Virus record (IMG/VR): IMGVR_UViG_3300027985_000227 | Coordinates: 1,470 to 65,469 of that record | Strand: one strand, 5' to 3' | Source of the DNA: a virus | Taxonomy: Duplodnaviria > Caudoviricetes | DNA length: 64,000 bases | Part shown: positions 17,340-27,583 of the stretch, piece after piece | Layout of the letters: the number at the start of each line of letters is the position of its first letter | Position numbering within the stretch: the first letter of the stretch is position 1 | Program-made: the position numbers and the translations under genes | Notes under the pieces: generated by a model | What the model saw: the letters and a program-made list of their open reading frames with translations, nothing else | Database searches by the model: none | Told to the model about the DNA's origin: nothing

Positions 17340-17735
17340 TTACAATTTACCTACAGCCACAAATTTAAGTTCACCAGTAAATCGTACGTGGTATCCCATT
17401 CTAGCGAACATGGTCTGGATTATATGGATCTCTTGCTCAGACACGGCAAATAGATCTTTACTTATACCAAGAATCATTCGGCATACTTCTTCATTTGACG
17501 AGGAGCTAAGTTGAAGAATCTCGTCACTTATCTCAGAACAATCTCTATCCCACATAAAACATACTTTGTTTACGTTCTTTTTACATCGCGTCCACTCTAT
17601 TTCGAGAATACGAAGTAGCGCTATTATGTAGTCATTGTATTTTGCTTCATAGTAATTGCCTCTATATCTTTTTGCAAAAAATCTGAGATACACTATAAGC
17701 AAGGCATCGATTTTACTCATCATTGTGTAATCCAT
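17340..17735 (-). CDS. hypothetical protein (lone minus-strand gene in the plus block)
   Basis: 131-aa ORF converging on 16841-17338; TTTACC-17-TATAAT promoter upstream on the minus strand. Confidence 0.55.
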   Translation of the reverse strand: MDYTMMSKIDALLIVYLRFFAKRYRGNYYEAKYNDYIIALLRILEIEWTRCKKNVNKVCFMWDRDCSEISDEILQLSSSSNEEVCRMILGISKDLFAVSEQEIHIIQTMFARMGYHVRFTGELKFVAVGKL

Positions 17736-18031
17736 GGTAATTTTGTAGTATTATATACCAATGAATAGTCAAGGTAAATACCGATGAAAACAGCAGAAGA
17801 AATGGTTTTAATAATCAAACGAGCACAAAGAATGGCTAACACGTATAAAGAGCCATATGTAGTGCTTAGAAACGGTCTGATTGTAGACGAAAAGTCTATT
17901 AAAGACGTTGTAGATCCTACAAATGTTATAGAGACATGCAAACCAATTATTGATGACCAATAGATCGTCTGTTTTACTCCTAAAAATTATATGTTAGTAT
18001 ACCTACTGCTACAACAAACCTGGAGATAGTC

Positions 18032-18310
18032 ATGTTACCAAGATCAGCCGAAATCATGCTTAAAGTTGGTACTGGAGAAGATTACGTGGACACATTCCTT
18101 GAAGTGTACGGGTTTTATCCAGAAAGTGAGCCTACTGGCTTTGATTCAAGTGGTCGAAGACTTTGGGCTACAAATTATGGTGGTATAAGACAAAATAACA
18201 GAAATGAAGATAGACGACGTAAACGTGCAAGACGGTACATGTCTATGGTAAAAGACGTACTTCAAGAGATCAAAGATGAAGAAGACGATAGACAACATAA
18301 GACTGAATGA
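18032..18310 (+). CDS. hypothetical protein
   Basis: 92-aa ORF, CTGGAGA RBS, promoter motif upstream. Confidence 0.6.
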   Translation: MLPRSAEIMLKVGTGEDYVDTFLEVYGFYPESEPTGFDSSGRRLWATNYGGIRQNNRNEDRRRKRARRYMSMVKDVLQEIKDEEDDRQHKTE

Positions 18311-18587
18311 AGAAGTTGGCAATGTACGCATTGATAAGCTTGAGCCGAACAGTGCGTACACTGGTGGCTGGCTTATTTATGTAACATGTCTAGAGTGTGG
18401 TACCAAGCTTGGTATGTCGTTCGTTACATTGAATAAGAGAATAGAGAAGGGCACGTCTGGATGCAAAGTCTGTACGGCAACAGTGTTCAAGAAGGGCGAC
18501 ATATCTATGGACTGGGTAAATTCCATGTGGAAGGTACCTGAAAACGTGATAGGCACGAAAGTCTACTGTGAATTCCCCATGAAATAA
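18276..18587 (+). CDS. hypothetical Cys-motif protein
   Basis: CLECG...GCKVC. Confidence 0.55.
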   Translation: MKKTIDNIRLNEEVGNVRIDKLEPNSAYTGGWLIYVTCLECGTKLGMSFVTLNKRIEKGTSGCKVCTATVFKKGDISMDWVNSMWKVPENVIGTKVYCEFPMK

Positions 18588-18826
18588 AATCAGGGTTTAC
18601 ACTGTTAAGTCATTGTTATATAATATAAAAATGTCGCTCCGAAAATCCCCTAGACCATCGGCCAATGGTTCAGGCGCGACTAGCTGACCTTACCCAGCGA
18701 TAATGGCCATCGGCACATCTGCACACCCCAAGAGCACGTGTCGATGGCCATTACTTTTAGTGTAAGGAATACGGTAAGGTAATGTTATATTCAATACATA
18801 ATCAAAATCATCATTAGGGTAAACCT

Positions 18827-21040
18827 ATGGGCGTACTGGACTCTGCATTAGACTTTATTAATAGAGGCTTTTACGTATTCCCTACGTATGCTAAAACACC
18901 AATAATGAAAGACTGGCCGAATCTGGCCACTAATGATCCAGATACAGCTATAGAGTGGTTCACAAATGAATACTCTAATGCTGATGGATTTGGAATATGT
19001 CCAAAAGATACTTGTTTTGTACTTGACATAGACATAAAAGACGGTAAAAAGGGCATAGACTCTTTAAAGCTGTTGATACAAGAATTCGGATTACCAAAAG
19101 ACACATTCAAAGTAAGAACAAAGTCTGGAGGTATGCACATATACTATAGTTATCCAACCAGTTTAAAAGAAGATCAGTACATAAAATCGGTGGTTGGATG
19201 GACTTTACCTGACGGTAGAAAATTAGATGGAATAGATATACGTGGAAATAAAGGTCAAGTAATTGGACCAACAGACGATAATAATTACGCCATAATAACT
19301 GACACAAGTCTCAAAGAATTACCACAATCAATAGTTGACTTATTACCAATCGAGTCTAACTATGGTCTTAAACCGGTCGATGCTCATGACGCGGACTCTC
19401 TTATAGCTTACGATAAACCAACCATGGGTGGCATGATCCCTGATGTAATACCTAAGGGAGAGCGACACGATACATTACTAAGTCTGACTGCTTCATGGGC
19501 TCGTAAACTACCATACGAAACAGCAAAAATACTGTTACAAGTAGCATGTGATAGATGTGAAGGATCTGTAGCCTTTGAAGACTATCTATCACGACTTGAT
19601 GACGCGTACGCAAAATTTGAACCAGTAGTCAAAGATAAGTTACAGTACATGCTAGATCACATGGTATATGTTACATGGGGTAGTCGTGTATATAGAAAAG
19701 ATAAGCCTGGCAATGTTGCTACAATAAAGCTTGATGAAGCAAGAAATGTATATAAAAACTGGCTAATATGGGATGAGCGGGTACTTGCTAATGGTGATAC
19801 TAAAAAGACAAGCAGAGAGGCATTCTCTGACTGGTTAAAACATCCAGATAGACAGACAGTGGAAAATGTTGGGTTCAAACCAGTTACAGAAGAACGATAC
19901 ATTTGTCCTGTATTAGGTGTAGAGGTAATAAACTCATACAGAAAACCTGACCACTTGCCTGTCATAGCAACTGACAAGCATGTCAAACCATTTGTGGATT
20001 TAGTACAGCATTTATGGGGTGATCACTCTGAAATCATGCTTAATTGGTGTGCACATTTAGTGCAGCACCCCACTATTAAGTTTCATTGGGCTCCGTTAAT
20101 AGTTACACCTGTACAAGGTATGGGTAAGAACCTGTTCTTTAAAATCATATCACAAGTACTTGGAATGTGGAACACATCAATTGTTAATGCTGCCATGCTT
20201 AACAAGACATTTAATACATTCCTTGTAGAAAATTTATTAGTACTTATAAACGAGGTACAAGAGATAGGAAAGTCTGATAGACGAGCCATGATGGGTAAGC
20301 TGAAAGGTTATGTTACAGAGTCCCAACAGTCTATCGAAGGTAAAAGCGCAAATATTTATCAAACAGAAATATTTGCTAACGTGATAATATTCTCCAATGT
20401 CGAAGATGCAATGGACATTGAAGATGAAGACCGCAGATGGTTTATACATATAAACTACGATAGACCACAGCCAGAATCATGGTACAATAACATAGTGAGT
20501 TGGATGGACAATGAAGGTGCGTCATATCTTTATCATTGGCTTATGAATCGTGATATATCAGGATTCAAAGCAACAGGTCATGCGCCAGCATCTGAGTCTA
20601 AGCTTGAAATGATACGAGCCAATAAGACCGAAGTTGAGCTTATAATAGAAGACCACATAGCTACTAGCTACTCTATATTTGGATCAAACATAGTAACACA
20701 ACAAAGTTGGGAATACTATGTAAAGCATGTACTTCATAAAGGTGGTAGACTAGGTCATGCACAAGAGAAATTTCTCAAGAAAAAGTATTTCGTCGGTGTA
20801 AAAACACTAAATAGTTCAAATGGTAAATACATATCATGTCAAGTAATGATGCCAAATATAGCGTCTATGAGTGACATAGATGTGGTGATAGAAGACCGCA
20901 AGAGTTCGAAAACAACTTGCTGGACTTGCAGAAATCATGGTTCTTATGACAATAGAACCACTAAAGAAATACGTGAAGAATATATGAAGATATTCTCTTC
21001 AAGCGGTTCAACAGCGAATAACATAACAAATATCGCATAG
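18827..21040 (+). CDS. bifunctional DNA primase-polymerase fused to an SF3-like helicase
   Basis: N-terminal VLDID..DG, TKSGGMHIYY, IDIRG prim-pol motifs; GERHDTL; P-loop QGMGKN; DRRW. Confidence 0.9.
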   Translation: MGVLDSALDFINRGFYVFPTYAKTPIMKDWPNLATNDPDTAIEWFTNEYSNADGFGICPKDTCFVLDIDIKDGKKGIDSLKLLIQEFGLPKDTFKVRTKSGGMHIYYSYPTSLKEDQYIKSVVGWTLPDGRKLDGIDIRGNKGQVIGPTDDNNYAIITDTSLKELPQSIVDLLPIESNYGLKPVDAHDADSLIAYDKPTMGGMIPDVIPKGERHDTLLSLTASWARKLPYETAKILLQVACDRCEGSVAFEDYLSRLDDAYAKFEPVVKDKLQYMLDHMVYVTWGSRVYRKDKPGNVATIKLDEARNVYKNWLIWDERVLANGDTKKTSREAFSDWLKHPDRQTVENVGFKPVTEERYICPVLGVEVINSYRKPDHLPVIATDKHVKPFVDLVQHLWGDHSEIMLNWCAHLVQHPTIKFHWAPLIVTPVQGMGKNLFFKIISQVLGMWNTSIVNAAMLNKTFNTFLVENLLVLINEVQEIGKSDRRAMMGKLKGYVTESQQSIEGKSANIYQTEIFANVIIFSNVEDAMDIEDEDRRWFIHINYDRPQPESWYNNIVSWMDNEGASYLYHWLMNRDISGFKATGHAPASESKLEMIRANKTEVELIIEDHIATSYSIFGSNIVTQQSWEYYVKHVLHKGGRLGHAQEKFLKKKYFVGVKTLNSSNGKYISCQVMMPNIASMSDIDVVIEDRKSSKTTCWTCRNHGSYDNRTTKEIREEYMKIFSSSGSTANNITNIA

Positions 21041-21112
21041 TTCCCCACGTGTTATCCCTGTAAAACATGTGATATAATATAATATTGCAACAATTTTATC
21101 TACGGAGTAGAT

Positions 21113-23002
21113 ATGGACTACAGCCAGCTTTTCAGTTTAGACTTAGAAACAGAACCAACAAATCCTAATGACACAAGACCTGTTGCATTAGAACCATATA
21201 GACAGTATTCAGGAGAAGCAAGAATATCGTCTATGTCTGTAGCTGGCCCAGACGGATATGTGGCACAAGCAAGTTTGCTGAATAACGATATAGGGCGAAT
21301 CACTGACCTACTCCATATGCTAAAAGGAAAGCAGGTTATATGCCATAACACTGTATTTGACACAGCATGGTTGATTGGCAGCGATGGTATTGATATATTA
21401 CGACCAATAAAATGGCGTGATACATTTATTCTGGCCAAATGGCTTCTTAATGGGCAACCATTAGAACGAGGAAAGAGTGAGCACCACAACTCTGACGGCA
21501 AGTTCTCACTTTCATTAGCTAATTTGGTAAAAACATTTTTAAAAGGCCATCCTCTTTACGAAGAATTCCTGGATGTAAAGAATCAAAATGTCACACCAGG
21601 TCAAGATCCTAATTACTGGTTACGTCGTGGACGCATGGACGCTATACTGACGCGTGATCTATACATAAAGCTGATTGAAAAGCTGCCTCAAGCACAAAGA
21701 CGTGGGTACATAATCGAGTGTAATGCAATATTGCCAACTGCCAATAGTTGGATGAATGGTATTGTGTTGAATAAAAACGGCGCCAAAGAGTTAAAGCCAA
21801 AAATTCAGCGTGCTAAGGCAGGTTTAGCTGGAAAGCTAGGTAAACCAGAAGGCATGTTCACTTCACCAAAACAATTAAGTCATTATCTGTTTAATGAGCT
21901 TGGGTTAAAACCTATAAGCTATACACCAACTGGTAGCCCATCAACTGGTGCCGATGACCTTAAACGCATGGCATATGATATGGCCGGTACTAAGGCTGGT
22001 GACATAATCAAAACCATTCTAGAATTCAAGCAAGTAAAAACTCTAGAATCAAAGTATATTGACGGTATACTCAAAGTATGTAATTATAACGGATCGAATA
22101 TCAATCACTCGGCACCTCGTATGTTTGGAACATACACAGGTCGTTTTACATACTCATCCAAGACACTTAATAAGGAAGTATTCAGGCCAGGTATAGCTAC
22201 TCACCAGTTACCTCGTAAAGGTCCAACTCGTGGATTACTAACTGCGCCAGAAGGTTACATGGTCGGTGAACTTGATGCAGCAGCACAAGAAATGCGTGGA
22301 ATGGCTATTGAGTCACGTGATGCACACATGCTTGATGGATTCAATAGAGGCATAAACTTGCACAGTTCTATGGGCGCGTATATAAACGGCATACAATACG
22401 AAGAATTCGAGCGTCGTCGTAAGGCTGAAGATAAAGACACTATAAATTATCGGTATGCTGGTAAACTGCTTAATTTATCTTGTCAATATCGTATAGGAAA
22501 AAACGCCATAGCTAGCAAGTTCTTTACAACGTATGGAATTGTAATATCTCAAGCTATGGGTGCATCGTATCTTCGTATGTACAAAGAACGATATCCAGGT
22601 GTTCCATTATATTGGGATAAAGCTATACAGAAGGCCAAACAAAATGGATATGCTGAAACAATTGCTGGACGCAGATACCAGTTGACTGACTGGAACAGTA
22701 AAGCCTGGGCCACCGAGTCTTCAGCGATTAATTTCCCAATTCAAGGCTTTGGTGCTGATCACAAAGACGTAGCCATATCGTCAATATTCAAACAATTTCC
22801 TGAAGTGATATTCGTGCTTGATCTGCATGATGGTTTGTGGTACTACATTCCAGACGATAGGCCGAAAGAGTTGTTACTGGAAATGAGGGACTATCTTAAC
22901 ACGAAGGTAGATTACAATCAATTATGGGACGCTGATATCCCCATTCCTCTTCTGTTCGATGCTCAGCTCGGACCTAATTTTAAGAACGTACACGAACTAT
23001 AA
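21113..23002 (+). CDS. family A DNA polymerase with 3'-5' exonuclease
   Basis: DLET, HNTVFD exo motifs; TYTGRF; motif A ELDAAAQEMR; motif B RYAGKLLNL...Y; NFPIQG; LHDG. Confidence 0.92.
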   Translation: MDYSQLFSLDLETEPTNPNDTRPVALEPYRQYSGEARISSMSVAGPDGYVAQASLLNNDIGRITDLLHMLKGKQVICHNTVFDTAWLIGSDGIDILRPIKWRDTFILAKWLLNGQPLERGKSEHHNSDGKFSLSLANLVKTFLKGHPLYEEFLDVKNQNVTPGQDPNYWLRRGRMDAILTRDLYIKLIEKLPQAQRRGYIIECNAILPTANSWMNGIVLNKNGAKELKPKIQRAKAGLAGKLGKPEGMFTSPKQLSHYLFNELGLKPISYTPTGSPSTGADDLKRMAYDMAGTKAGDIIKTILEFKQVKTLESKYIDGILKVCNYNGSNINHSAPRMFGTYTGRFTYSSKTLNKEVFRPGIATHQLPRKGPTRGLLTAPEGYMVGELDAAAQEMRGMAIESRDAHMLDGFNRGINLHSSMGAYINGIQYEEFERRRKAEDKDTINYRYAGKLLNLSCQYRIGKNAIASKFFTTYGIVISQAMGASYLRMYKERYPGVPLYWDKAIQKAKQNGYAETIAGRRYQLTDWNSKAWATESSAINFPIQGFGADHKDVAISSIFKQFPEVIFVLDLHDGLWYYIPDDRPKELLLEMRDYLNTKVDYNQLWDADIPIPLLFDAQLGPNFKNVHEL

Positions 23003-23013
23003 CGGAGCAAAAA

Positions 23014-23694
23014 ATGGGTGATATAGCCTTAAGTTATTCACGTCTAAGTGACTATGAAAACTGTCCTCGTAAGTTTAAGTCAAAGTACTTGACTAAAACG
23101 TATCCAAATGACCCTAACAATCCGTACTTCATTCGTGGTTCTGCTATACATAAGCAGTTGGAAGACTACGCTAATGCACGTATAAGCGGACGAGACCCAT
23201 CACCTCTTTCTGACGATATTGCAAGAGCCGGCAATATCATAGAAGGCGTTGTAAAAGGTTACAGTATAATATATACGGAGCAACAAATAGCTGTAGACAA
23301 AGACTTTAACTCAGTAGAGTGGTTTAGCAAACAGGCGTATTACAGAGCTATATTCGACCTTGTTGCCATAGAGCAATCAAAGGCTTTGATAATAGACTGG
23401 AAATCCGGTAAAGTACGTGATTATGATGATAGTGACACTGGTCAGTTGCACTTATCATCTGGCATACTCATGTCAATCAAACCACAAATAGAAGAGGTGA
23501 CTACAGCGTACGCGTTTGTAGAACACAATCAGACTATTGCGCGTAAATTTACTCGTGATCAGTTGAGTGATTTAATCGCACCATTTCATAAGGCTCACGC
23601 AGAAGTAAATAGAGACAAAGAGTTTTTGCCTATCAAAAACAAGTACTGTTATTTCTGTGAAATACCGCCACATGAGTGTGAGTATAAGAAATGA
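23014..23694 (+). CDS. PD-(D/E)XK (Cas4-like) exonuclease
   Basis: SYSRL..YENCP, GSAIH, IIDWKSGK, C-terminal CYFC. Confidence 0.85.
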   Translation: MGDIALSYSRLSDYENCPRKFKSKYLTKTYPNDPNNPYFIRGSAIHKQLEDYANARISGRDPSPLSDDIARAGNIIEGVVKGYSIIYTEQQIAVDKDFNSVEWFSKQAYYRAIFDLVAIEQSKALIIDWKSGKVRDYDDSDTGQLHLSSGILMSIKPQIEEVTTAYAFVEHNQTIARKFTRDQLSDLIAPFHKAHAEVNRDKEFLPIKNKYCYFCEIPPHECEYKK

Positions 23695-23900
23695 CACTTC
23701 CAGATATGAACGTTAGACAGGTGCTGGCATCGTTATTCGATGTACCAACAAGCTTCATAAACACGGATGTTGTGAGGATGGTATCAGACTTTGGTCAATT
23801 TATGTTCATAGACGATGAGGCAATGGAAATGGCAAATTCGTCATTACAGCAACTATACGAGAACAAGTCCAGTGGCACAGACACCAGAAGGCAAGGTTAA
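23691..23900 (+). CDS. hypothetical protein
   Basis: 69-aa ORF with ATGA overlap. Confidence 0.45.
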   Translation: MTLPDMNVRQVLASLFDVPTSFINTDVVRMVSDFGQFMFIDDEAMEMANSSLQQLYENKSSGTDTRRQG

Positions 23901-24228
23901 AGATTGGTTAGTACGATACATATTAAAGTACTTTCCTGATGCGTGGATATACAAAGCTCCAGCAGGAAGATATGGTCGTAAGGGTGTACCTGATTTACTA
24001 TGTTCTATAAAAGGTATATTTGTCGCCATAGAAGTAAAGGCCGATAATGGCACTTTATCACAGTATCAAGACTATGAAATTAAGAAACTAGATAAATCAG
24101 AAGCACTAACACTGGTGATTTATGGCAAAGATGAAGCTAAATTACGATGCTCCCTTAGAAGGGTCCTCTCCTATTATAAAGGAGACAGAATATCATGGCC
24201 ATCGGGTTGCGATAAAGATAACACATAG
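23872..24228 (+). CDS. VRR-NUC domain nuclease
   Basis: TPEGKVK...GRKGVPDLL...FVAIEVKA....S..Q motif; GTG start at 23872. Confidence 0.85.
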   Translation: MAQTPEGKVKDWLVRYILKYFPDAWIYKAPAGRYGRKGVPDLLCSIKGIFVAIEVKADNGTLSQYQDYEIKKLDKSEALTLVIYGKDEAKLRCSLRRVLSYYKGDRISWPSGCDKDNT

Positions 24229-24344
24229 ACTCTTTTATACAGAAGTAGTAGTTGCGTGTGCTAATCCAAGATATAAGTCAACCATAACTTGTCACCATAC
24301 AAACGTAGTAAACACTGTTCATAAGCAGTTAAAAGGTATTCACG

Positions 24345-24770
24345 ATGGAACTCACTAACTCTCAAAGACGAATGCTACAACGAGTTCTGATGGCTAAAGG
24401 TCCAGGAGTTGGAAACTGGAGCCCTGGTAAAGTCACGTTAATTGTAGGTGATAGAGCCACACGTAAAAACGTGAGTAAATTACCTTTTATTCATCCAGAT
24501 GGTTGCGCACCGTGGTTAGCTGATCAGATGGATTTAGTTGATGCCAACGAAGACAACTTTTACTGGATTAACGCGTATTCTTTTAAGGGCGTAGCTACTG
24601 ACGCTAGTTTCATAGAAGAGCTTAAACCAATTAGAGTTATAGCTCTTGGTGCAAAGGCCGATGCGTGGTGTGAGCAGAACAACATCCCACATATATCTGT
24701 ACCTCATCCACAATATTGGAGAAGATTTCATTCCAAAGAACGTTACCCATTACTAGATCTTATAGCATAG
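24345..24770 (+). CDS. uracil-DNA-glycosylase-superfamily-like protein
   Basis: LIVGDR, WIN, VIALG..A and VPHPQY motifs. Confidence 0.5.
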   Translation: MELTNSQRRMLQRVLMAKGPGVGNWSPGKVTLIVGDRATRKNVSKLPFIHPDGCAPWLADQMDLVDANEDNFYWINAYSFKGVATDASFIEELKPIRVIALGAKADAWCEQNNIPHISVPHPQYWRRFHSKERYPLLDLIA

Positions 24771-26156
24771 ATGTACGATTTATCAAAAATAGATTACGCA
24801 TTTCCTTGCGAATATGAAAGACCTTTCGACCATCAAGTCGAAACTTTTATGTTTATGCTTAAGTACCCAAGATCCTACATACTAAATACAATGGGTACTG
24901 GTAAGACGCTTACAGCGTTATGGGCTACTGATTACTTGATCATAAAAAATAAGATACGTAGGATATTAATTATATCTACGCTGTCTTCTTTAAAGCCTAC
25001 TTGGAGTCATGAGATACTAACTCACTTGCCGCACAGATCATTTACCATACTACATGGAACTCGTAAAGAACGATTGATAAATTTACGTAAGGACGTAGAT
25101 TATTTCTTGATAAATCACGACGGTATTAAAACCATAGAAGATGAGTTGACTGACTATGGATTTGATGCTGTGATTATAGATGAGTCTACAGCTTACAAAA
25201 CACATTCATCTGATAGATCTAAGTGTGCTAAAAGGTTATGCCAAGACATACGAGCTGTATGGTCTATGACTGGCGAACCTACACCTTGTTCACCATTAGA
25301 AGCGTATAGTCAGGCAATAATAACAACGCCTAAAAATCCTAACTTACCTACGTCTTTTTATAAGTATCGTGATCAAGTGATGCTTAAGATTGACGAGGCT
25401 ACATATGTACCAAAAGAAGGCTGGCAAAATGCCGTAGCAAAAATACTTCGGCCATCTATACGATTTACTCTTCGTGAGTGTGTAGATTTACCAGAAACCA
25501 TAGTTGTTAATCGTGAAGTAGGATTATCAAAAGAACAGCATCGCATGTATGCTCAAATGAAAAAAGAGTATATAGCGCAATATAAGGACGGACTAATAAC
25601 GGCTTCAAATGCTGGAGTAAAGTATTTAAAGCTTCTTCAAATATCAGCTGGCACTGTATTTGATGAAAACAAAGTACCTCAGTATTTAGAGTGTAACAAC
25701 AAGCTCAATGAAATATTGGAAATATTCTATCAGACTGAGCAAAGAAAACTTATCGTATTCGCGTTATTCAGACCACTTGTACGCAGAATTGTTGAGTTCT
25801 TGCGGCACAAAGGAATTAAGGCCGCTGGTATAATGGGCGGTATGAATAAAAATGAACGAAGTGACAACATACAAAATTTTCAGTTTGGTGATCTAGAAGT
25901 AGTAGTTGCACAACCTAAAACTGTAGCGCACAGTATAACGTGGACAGCAGCCAACTATATCTTGTGGTTTACTCCAGCTCCATCTAATGAGATATACAAT
26001 CAGGCCAATTCTCGTATAGTTCGTCCTGGACAAACACGTGTTCAATATATAATGAGACTATTTAGTTCTGAGTCAGAAAAAAGAGTGTACGCCGTTCATG
26101 AAGAACAAGCCGATATGTCAGCCCTTTTGATGGATATACTGAAAAATGGCGGTTAA
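24771..26156 (+). CDS. SNF2/DEAD-like helicase
   Basis: MGTGKT, IIDES, MTGEP, QANSRIVRPGQ motifs. Confidence 0.9.
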   Translation: MYDLSKIDYAFPCEYERPFDHQVETFMFMLKYPRSYILNTMGTGKTLTALWATDYLIIKNKIRRILIISTLSSLKPTWSHEILTHLPHRSFTILHGTRKERLINLRKDVDYFLINHDGIKTIEDELTDYGFDAVIIDESTAYKTHSSDRSKCAKRLCQDIRAVWSMTGEPTPCSPLEAYSQAIITTPKNPNLPTSFYKYRDQVMLKIDEATYVPKEGWQNAVAKILRPSIRFTLRECVDLPETIVVNREVGLSKEQHRMYAQMKKEYIAQYKDGLITASNAGVKYLKLLQISAGTVFDENKVPQYLECNNKLNEILEIFYQTEQRKLIVFALFRPLVRRIVEFLRHKGIKAAGIMGGMNKNERSDNIQNFQFGDLEVVVAQPKTVAHSITWTAANYILWFTPAPSNEIYNQANSRIVRPGQTRVQYIMRLFSSESEKRVYAVHEEQADMSALLMDILKNGG

Positions 26157-26210
26157 TCTTCTGTTATATCCCTGCTTAAATTGTGATATAATATGTTTTT
26201 GGAGCGAGCT

Positions 26211-26633
26211 ATGACAGAAAAGAAAGAATATAGAGTTGATGATGTAGTAAAGCGTTATCGTGAAATTAAGCTTGAATTAGATAACGCACGAAAAGAATGG
26301 CAGACAAAGGAACTGGAGCTCAAAACAAAAATCGAACGGCTTTCAATGTGGCTACGTGAAAAAGCCGATCTTCTTGGGGTTAACTCATTCAACACCCCGT
26401 ATGGTACAGCATACAGATCTGAGAAGGCATATGCTCGTATATTAGACTGGGACAAATTTATCGATTATGTTATAAAAACCGATAATACCCAGATGTTGGA
26501 AAAACGATTAGCAAAAATAGCTACGATGGATATATTGGATAAAGAGAAGCTTGATCCAATAACTATCGGCGTAGAAATAAGCTACGACATCGATTTTCTA
26601 GTTCGCAAACCATCTAAACCAACAAAAGGTTAA
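26211..26633 (+). CDS. conserved replication-module protein
   Basis: coiled coil then SFNTPYGTAY..DWDKF...LEKR; GGAG RBS before ATG 26211. Confidence 0.7.
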   Translation: MTEKKEYRVDDVVKRYREIKLELDNARKEWQTKELELKTKIERLSMWLREKADLLGVNSFNTPYGTAYRSEKAYARILDWDKFIDYVIKTDNTQMLEKRLAKIATMDILDKEKLDPITIGVEISYDIDFLVRKPSKPTKG

Positions 26634-26636
26634 AAT

Positions 26637-27494
26637 ATGTCTAAAGACCTAGTAATTCCCGATTATCTGAAGGCCCTTATCGATTCTGGTGATGTACAAG
26701 ACGACGCATCAAATCTGGTAGGTTCTGTATCTAGCGTACCTCGTATATCGCTCAAAGGTCAGAAATTCCGGCTGATAGTCGATGGTGAAGAGAAAGAAAT
26801 CATCAAAGACTCGATGCATGTAGTTATCCTCGGATCTCAACCCGACATGCCTCGTTTGATGGCTAAAACCTACTATGAGGGAGATTACAACCCCAACGAT
26901 AGCGGTCCACCTGACTGCTCTTCTTCCGACGGTATTTCTCCTGATGACTGGATAGTTAGTCCGGTTTCTGAAAAATGCCACAACTGCCCCAAAAACAAGT
27001 GGGGTTCCGCTATAAGCAAGCTGTCTGGCAAAAAAGCCAAAGCCTGCCGTGACTCCAAACGACTGTTCATAGTGAAGCCTACAGAGATTACGGATGGCAC
27101 GATCTATACAGTGAATGTGACAGTTAGTTCACTGAAAGCTCTGTCTGAATATGGTAAGTTCTTGTCAGAACACAAGTTACCTATGTCTGCAGTAATCACC
27201 ACTCTAACACTGGCTGATGACTCTGACTTCCCACGGTTGGAGTTCAAAATGGCTGGCATCATGAAAGAGGCCAACGGTCGTGCGGCTATCACTCGTTCTC
27301 AGCAGAAAGAATGGACTGAGTATCAGGGAAAGATGCTAGAGCACGATGATGCCGACAGCAAGCCGTCACTCACAGCTCCCGATAATGTAGACCCTACAGC
27401 GCCAATCAATGCTGACGGTTCTATCGAAGGTAGTACCACAGAGTCGACCAAGTCTGGTCCGTCTGATATAGACGACATTCTGGATCAGTGGTAA
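26637..27494 (+). CDS. putative ssDNA-binding/annealing protein
   Basis: PRISLKG, PDCSS.DG, C.NCP.NKWGS, KAC; acidic tail DIDDILDQW. Confidence 0.6.
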   Translation: MSKDLVIPDYLKALIDSGDVQDDASNLVGSVSSVPRISLKGQKFRLIVDGEEKEIIKDSMHVVILGSQPDMPRLMAKTYYEGDYNPNDSGPPDCSSSDGISPDDWIVSPVSEKCHNCPKNKWGSAISKLSGKKAKACRDSKRLFIVKPTEITDGTIYTVNVTVSSLKALSEYGKFLSEHKLPMSAVITTLTLADDSDFPRLEFKMAGIMKEANGRAAITRSQQKEWTEYQGKMLEHDDADSKPSLTAPDNVDPTAPINADGSIEGSTTESTKSGPSDIDDILDQW

Positions 27495-27502
27495 CAAACT
27501 GA

Positions 27503-27542
27503 TAGATGTAGCCTGTAACCAATAAGTTGCAGGCTACATCTA
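27503..27542 (+). terminator. hairpin, probable terminator
   Basis: TAGATGTAGCCTGTAAC/GTTGCAGGCTACATCTA directly after the stop codon. Confidence 0.55.
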
Positions 27543-27583
27543 ACTATATGTATACCATAGTAAAAATTTTTGGAGAATAGTGG

